Source: Hydrolagus colliei
Lineage: Eukaryota
Assembly (NCBI GenBank): GCA_035084275.1
Contig: CM068744.1
Span: 42,718,001 to 42,782,000 of the forward strand
Length of the DNA stretch: 64,000 nt
Direction of reading: 5' to 3'
Shown: positions 60,900 to 64,000 of the stretch, one piece after another
How positions within the stretch are numbered: position 1 is the stretch's first letter
How the letters are laid out: every line of letters begins with the position of its first letter
Notes under the pieces: generated by a model
Database searches by the model: none
Told to the model about the DNA's origin: nothing
The model's input: the letters and a program-made list of their open reading frames with translations, nothing else
Translations under genes and position numbers: made by a program

Positions 60900-63800
60900 C
60901 AACTCAATCCATTCTGGAGATGAGGGCTGTGTGTTGGTGCGGGGGTGGGCTGTGTGTATGGGGAGATGCTGTATATGTGGGGGGGGGTGGGGGCAGTGTG
61001 TGTGGAGAACAGTGTGTGGGGTCGGGGGCTGTGTCTGTAAGAGGGGATGGGGGCTGTGTGTGGGGGGGCTGTGCGTGTGGCAGATGAGGGCTGTGTGTGG
61101 AGTGGGGGCTGTTTGTGGTGGGGTGGGGGCTGTGCGTGTGGCGGATGAGGGCTGTGTGTGGAGTGGGGGCTGTTTGTGGTGGTGGGGTGGGGGGCTGGGT
61201 GTGTGGTGGGTGAGGGCAGTGTGTGGGTTGGGGGCTGCGTCTGTAAAACGGGATTGAGGCTTTTTGTGGAGGGGGGCTGGTGGGGGCTTTGTGTGGTGGG
61301 GTGGGGGCTGTGTGTGGTGGGGGGCTGGGGAGGGAGCTGCGTGTATGGTGGGGGGCTGTGGGGGTGGGGGCTGTGTGTGTGGGGGGGCTGTGTGTGTGGT
61401 GGGGGGCTGGGTATTTGTGAGTGGGGGGCTGTGTGTGGGGGGGGGGCTGGGGGGGCTGTGTGTGGGGGGGGGCTGTGTGTGTGGGGGGGGGCTGGGGGGG
61501 CTGTGTGTGGGTGGGGCTGGGGGGGGCTGTGTGTATGGTGGGGGGCTGTGGGGCGGGGGTTGTGGGTGGGTGGGGGGCTGTGTGTGGGGGGGGGGCTGGG
61601 TATTTGTGAGTGGGGGGTTGTGTGTGGGGGGGGGGGCTGTGTGTTTGAGTGGGGGGTGGGGGCTGTGTGTGGGGGGGGCTGTGTGTATGTGGCGGGGCTG
61701 TGTGTGTGTGTGGGGGCTGTGTGTGTGTGGCGGGGCTGTGTGTGTGGGGGGGGCTGGGTATTTGTGAGTGGGGGGCTGTGTGTGTGGGGGGGGGGGGCTG
61801 TGTGTGTGCGTGGGGGGGGGCTGTGTGTGTGTGTGGGGGGGGGGCTGTGTGTTTGAGTGGGGGGTGGGGGCTGTGTGTGGGGGGGGCTGTGTGTATGTGG
61901 CGGGGCTGTGTGTGTGTGGCGGGGCTGTGTGTGTGGGGGGGCTGTATGTGTGGTGGGGGGCTGGGTATTTGTGAGTGGGGGGCTGTGTGTGGGGGGAGGC
62001 TGTGTGTGTGTGTGGGGGGGGGGGGGGCTGTGTGTTTGAGTGGGGTGTGTGTGTGTGTGGGGGGGGGGGGGCGGGCTGTGTGNNNNNNNNNNNNNNNNNN
62101 NNNNNNNNNNNNNNNNNNNNNNNNNNNNNNNNNNNNNNNNNNNNNNNNNNNNNNNNNNNNNNNNNNNNNNNNNNNNNNNNNNNNNNNNNNNNNNNNNNNN
62201 NNNNNNNNNNNNNNNNNNNNNNNNNNNNNNGGCTGTGTGTGTGTGTGGGGGGGGCTGTGTGTGGGGGGGAGGGCTGTGTGTGTGTGTGGGGGGGGCGCTG
62301 TGTGTGTGTGTGGGCTGTGTGTGGGGGAGGGCTGTGTGTGTATGGGGGGGCTGTGTGTGTGTGTGGGGGGGCTGTGTGTGTGGGGGCTGTGTGTGGGGGG
62401 GGGGAGGGCTGTGTGTGTGTGGGGTGGGGGGCTGTGTGTGTGGGGTGGGCTGTGTGTGGGGGGGGGGAGGGCTGTGTGTGTGTGGGGGGGGTGCTGTGTG
62501 TGAGGGGAAGGCTGTGTGTGTGTGTGGGGGGGGGCTGTGTGTTTGAGTGTGGGGGGGGGGCTGTGTGTGGGGAGAGGGCTGTGTGTGTGTGGGGGGGGGC
62601 GCTGTGTGTGTGTGTGTGGGGGGGGGGCTGTGTGTGTGGGGGTGTGGGAGGGCTGTGTGTGGGGGGGGGGCTGTGTGTGGGGGAGGGCTGTGTGTGTATG
62701 GGGGGGGGGCTGTGTGTGTGTGGGGGGGGGCTGTGTGTGTGGGGGGGGCTGTGTGTGTGGGGGCTGTGTGTGGGGGGGGGAGGGCTGTGTGTGTGTGGGG
62801 GGCTGTGTGTGTGGGATGGGCTGTGTGTGGGGGGGGGAGGGCTGTGTGTGTGTGGGGGGGGTGCTGTGTGTGGGGGGAAGGCTGTGTGTGTGTGTGGGGG
62901 GGGCTGTGTGTTTGAGTGGGGGGTGGGGGCTGTGTGTGTGGGGGTGGGGGGCTGTGTGTGTGGGGGGGGGGGCTGTGTGTGTGGGGGGTGGGGCTGTGTG
63001 TGGGGGTGGGGGGCTGTGTGTGTGTGGGGGGGGCTGTGTGTGTGGGGGGGGAGGGCTGTGTGTGTGTGGGGGGGGTGGGGCTGTGTGTGGGGGTGGGGGG
63101 CTGTGTGTGTGGGGGGTGGGGCTGTGTGTGGGGGTGGGGTGCTGTGGGGGTGTGTGGGGGGTGGGGCTGTGTGGGGGGGGGGGCTGTGTGTGGGGGGGCT
63201 GTGTGTGTGGGGGGGCTGTGTGTGTGGGGGGGGGGGCTGTGTGTGGGGGGTGGGAGGGCTGTGTGTGGGGCGGGGGGGGCTGTGTGTGTGTGTGGGGGGG
63301 AGGGCTGTGTGTGTGTGTGGGGGGTGGGGCTGTGTGTGGGCGTGGGGGGCTGTGTGTGTGGGGGGCTGTGTGTGTGGGGGTGGGGGCTGTGTGTGGGGGG
63401 TGGGGCTGTGTGTGGGGGGGGGAGGGCTGTGTGTGTGGGGGGTGGGGCTGTGTGTGGGGGGGGGAGGGCTGTGTGTGTGTGGGGGGTGGGGCTGTGTGTG
63501 TGTGGGGGTGGGAGGGCTGTGTGTGTGTGGGGGGTGGGGCTGTGTGTGTGTGTGTGGGGGGTGGGGCTGTGTGGGGGGTGGGGCTGTGTGTGTGGGGGGT
63601 GGGGCTGTGTGTGTGGGGGGTGGGGNNNNNNNNNNNNNNNNNNNNNNNNNNNNNNNNNNNNNNNNNNNNNNNNNNNNNNNNNNNNNNNNNNNNNNNNNNN
63701 NNNNNNNNNNNNNNNNNNNNNNNNNNNNNNNNNNNNNNNNNNNNNNNNNNNNNNNNGTGGGGGGGGCTCTCTGTGNNNNNNNNNNNNNNNNNNNNNNNNN

Positions 63801-64000
63801 NNNNNNNNNNNNNNNNNNNNNNNNNNNNNNNNNNNNNNNNNNNNNNNNNNNNNNNNNNNNNNNNNNNNNNNNNNNNNNNNNNNNNNNNNNNNNNNNNNNN
63901 NNNNNNNNNNNNNNNNNNNNNNNNNNNNNNNNNNNNNNNNNNNNNNNNNNNNGGGGGGCTCTCTGTGTGTGTGTGTGGGGGGGGGGGGATGTCGGGCCTG
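60900..64000. repeat. G/T-rich tandem repeat (ggctgtgtgtgtgggggg)n with three N gaps
   Basis: Directly visible; gaps at 62083-62230, 63626-63756 and 63776-63952. Confidence 0.95.

Noticed and set aside
61158-62915. Gly/Cys/Val-rich ORFs resembling keratin-associated proteins
   Set aside because: These are translations of the G/T satellite, open in all frames and spanning N gaps.

Overview
Vertebrate genomic DNA, probably a cartilaginous fish. This is inferred from the CR1/L2/Deu-SINE-like repeat content and the style of the Ig domains. The window holds a small cluster of non-rearranging immunoglobulin-superfamily receptor genes. Gene A (+, 8305-24501, 8 exons, 473 aa) is leader-V1-V2-V3-TM-three cytoplasmic exons. 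It ends in an ITIM (VLYADV) and an ITSM (TEYAEV), and its V exons carry their own J-like strand with no RSS. Gene B (-, 44166-31274) is an inverted paralog. A 2,655-bp internal tandem duplication gives it five V exons plus a truncated TM stub. A ~710-bp tail duplication gives it two alternative terminal exons, one ITIM-only and one ITIM+ITSM. Gene C (+, from 60080) lies head-to-head with B, and its leader exon is broken by an L2 insertion. The A and B V-blocks are almost identical while their flanks have diverged, which suggests gene conversion. Several short templated or fold-back insertions mark the locus. The rest is TE-rich: a CR1 with an open 912-aa ORF2, many L2/CR1/Tx1/RTE fragments, an LTR-gag remnant with a tRNA-Asn primer-binding site, a solo LTR, hAT-type MITEs, simple repeats and four assembly gaps. 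All identities quoted were judged by eye, not computed.
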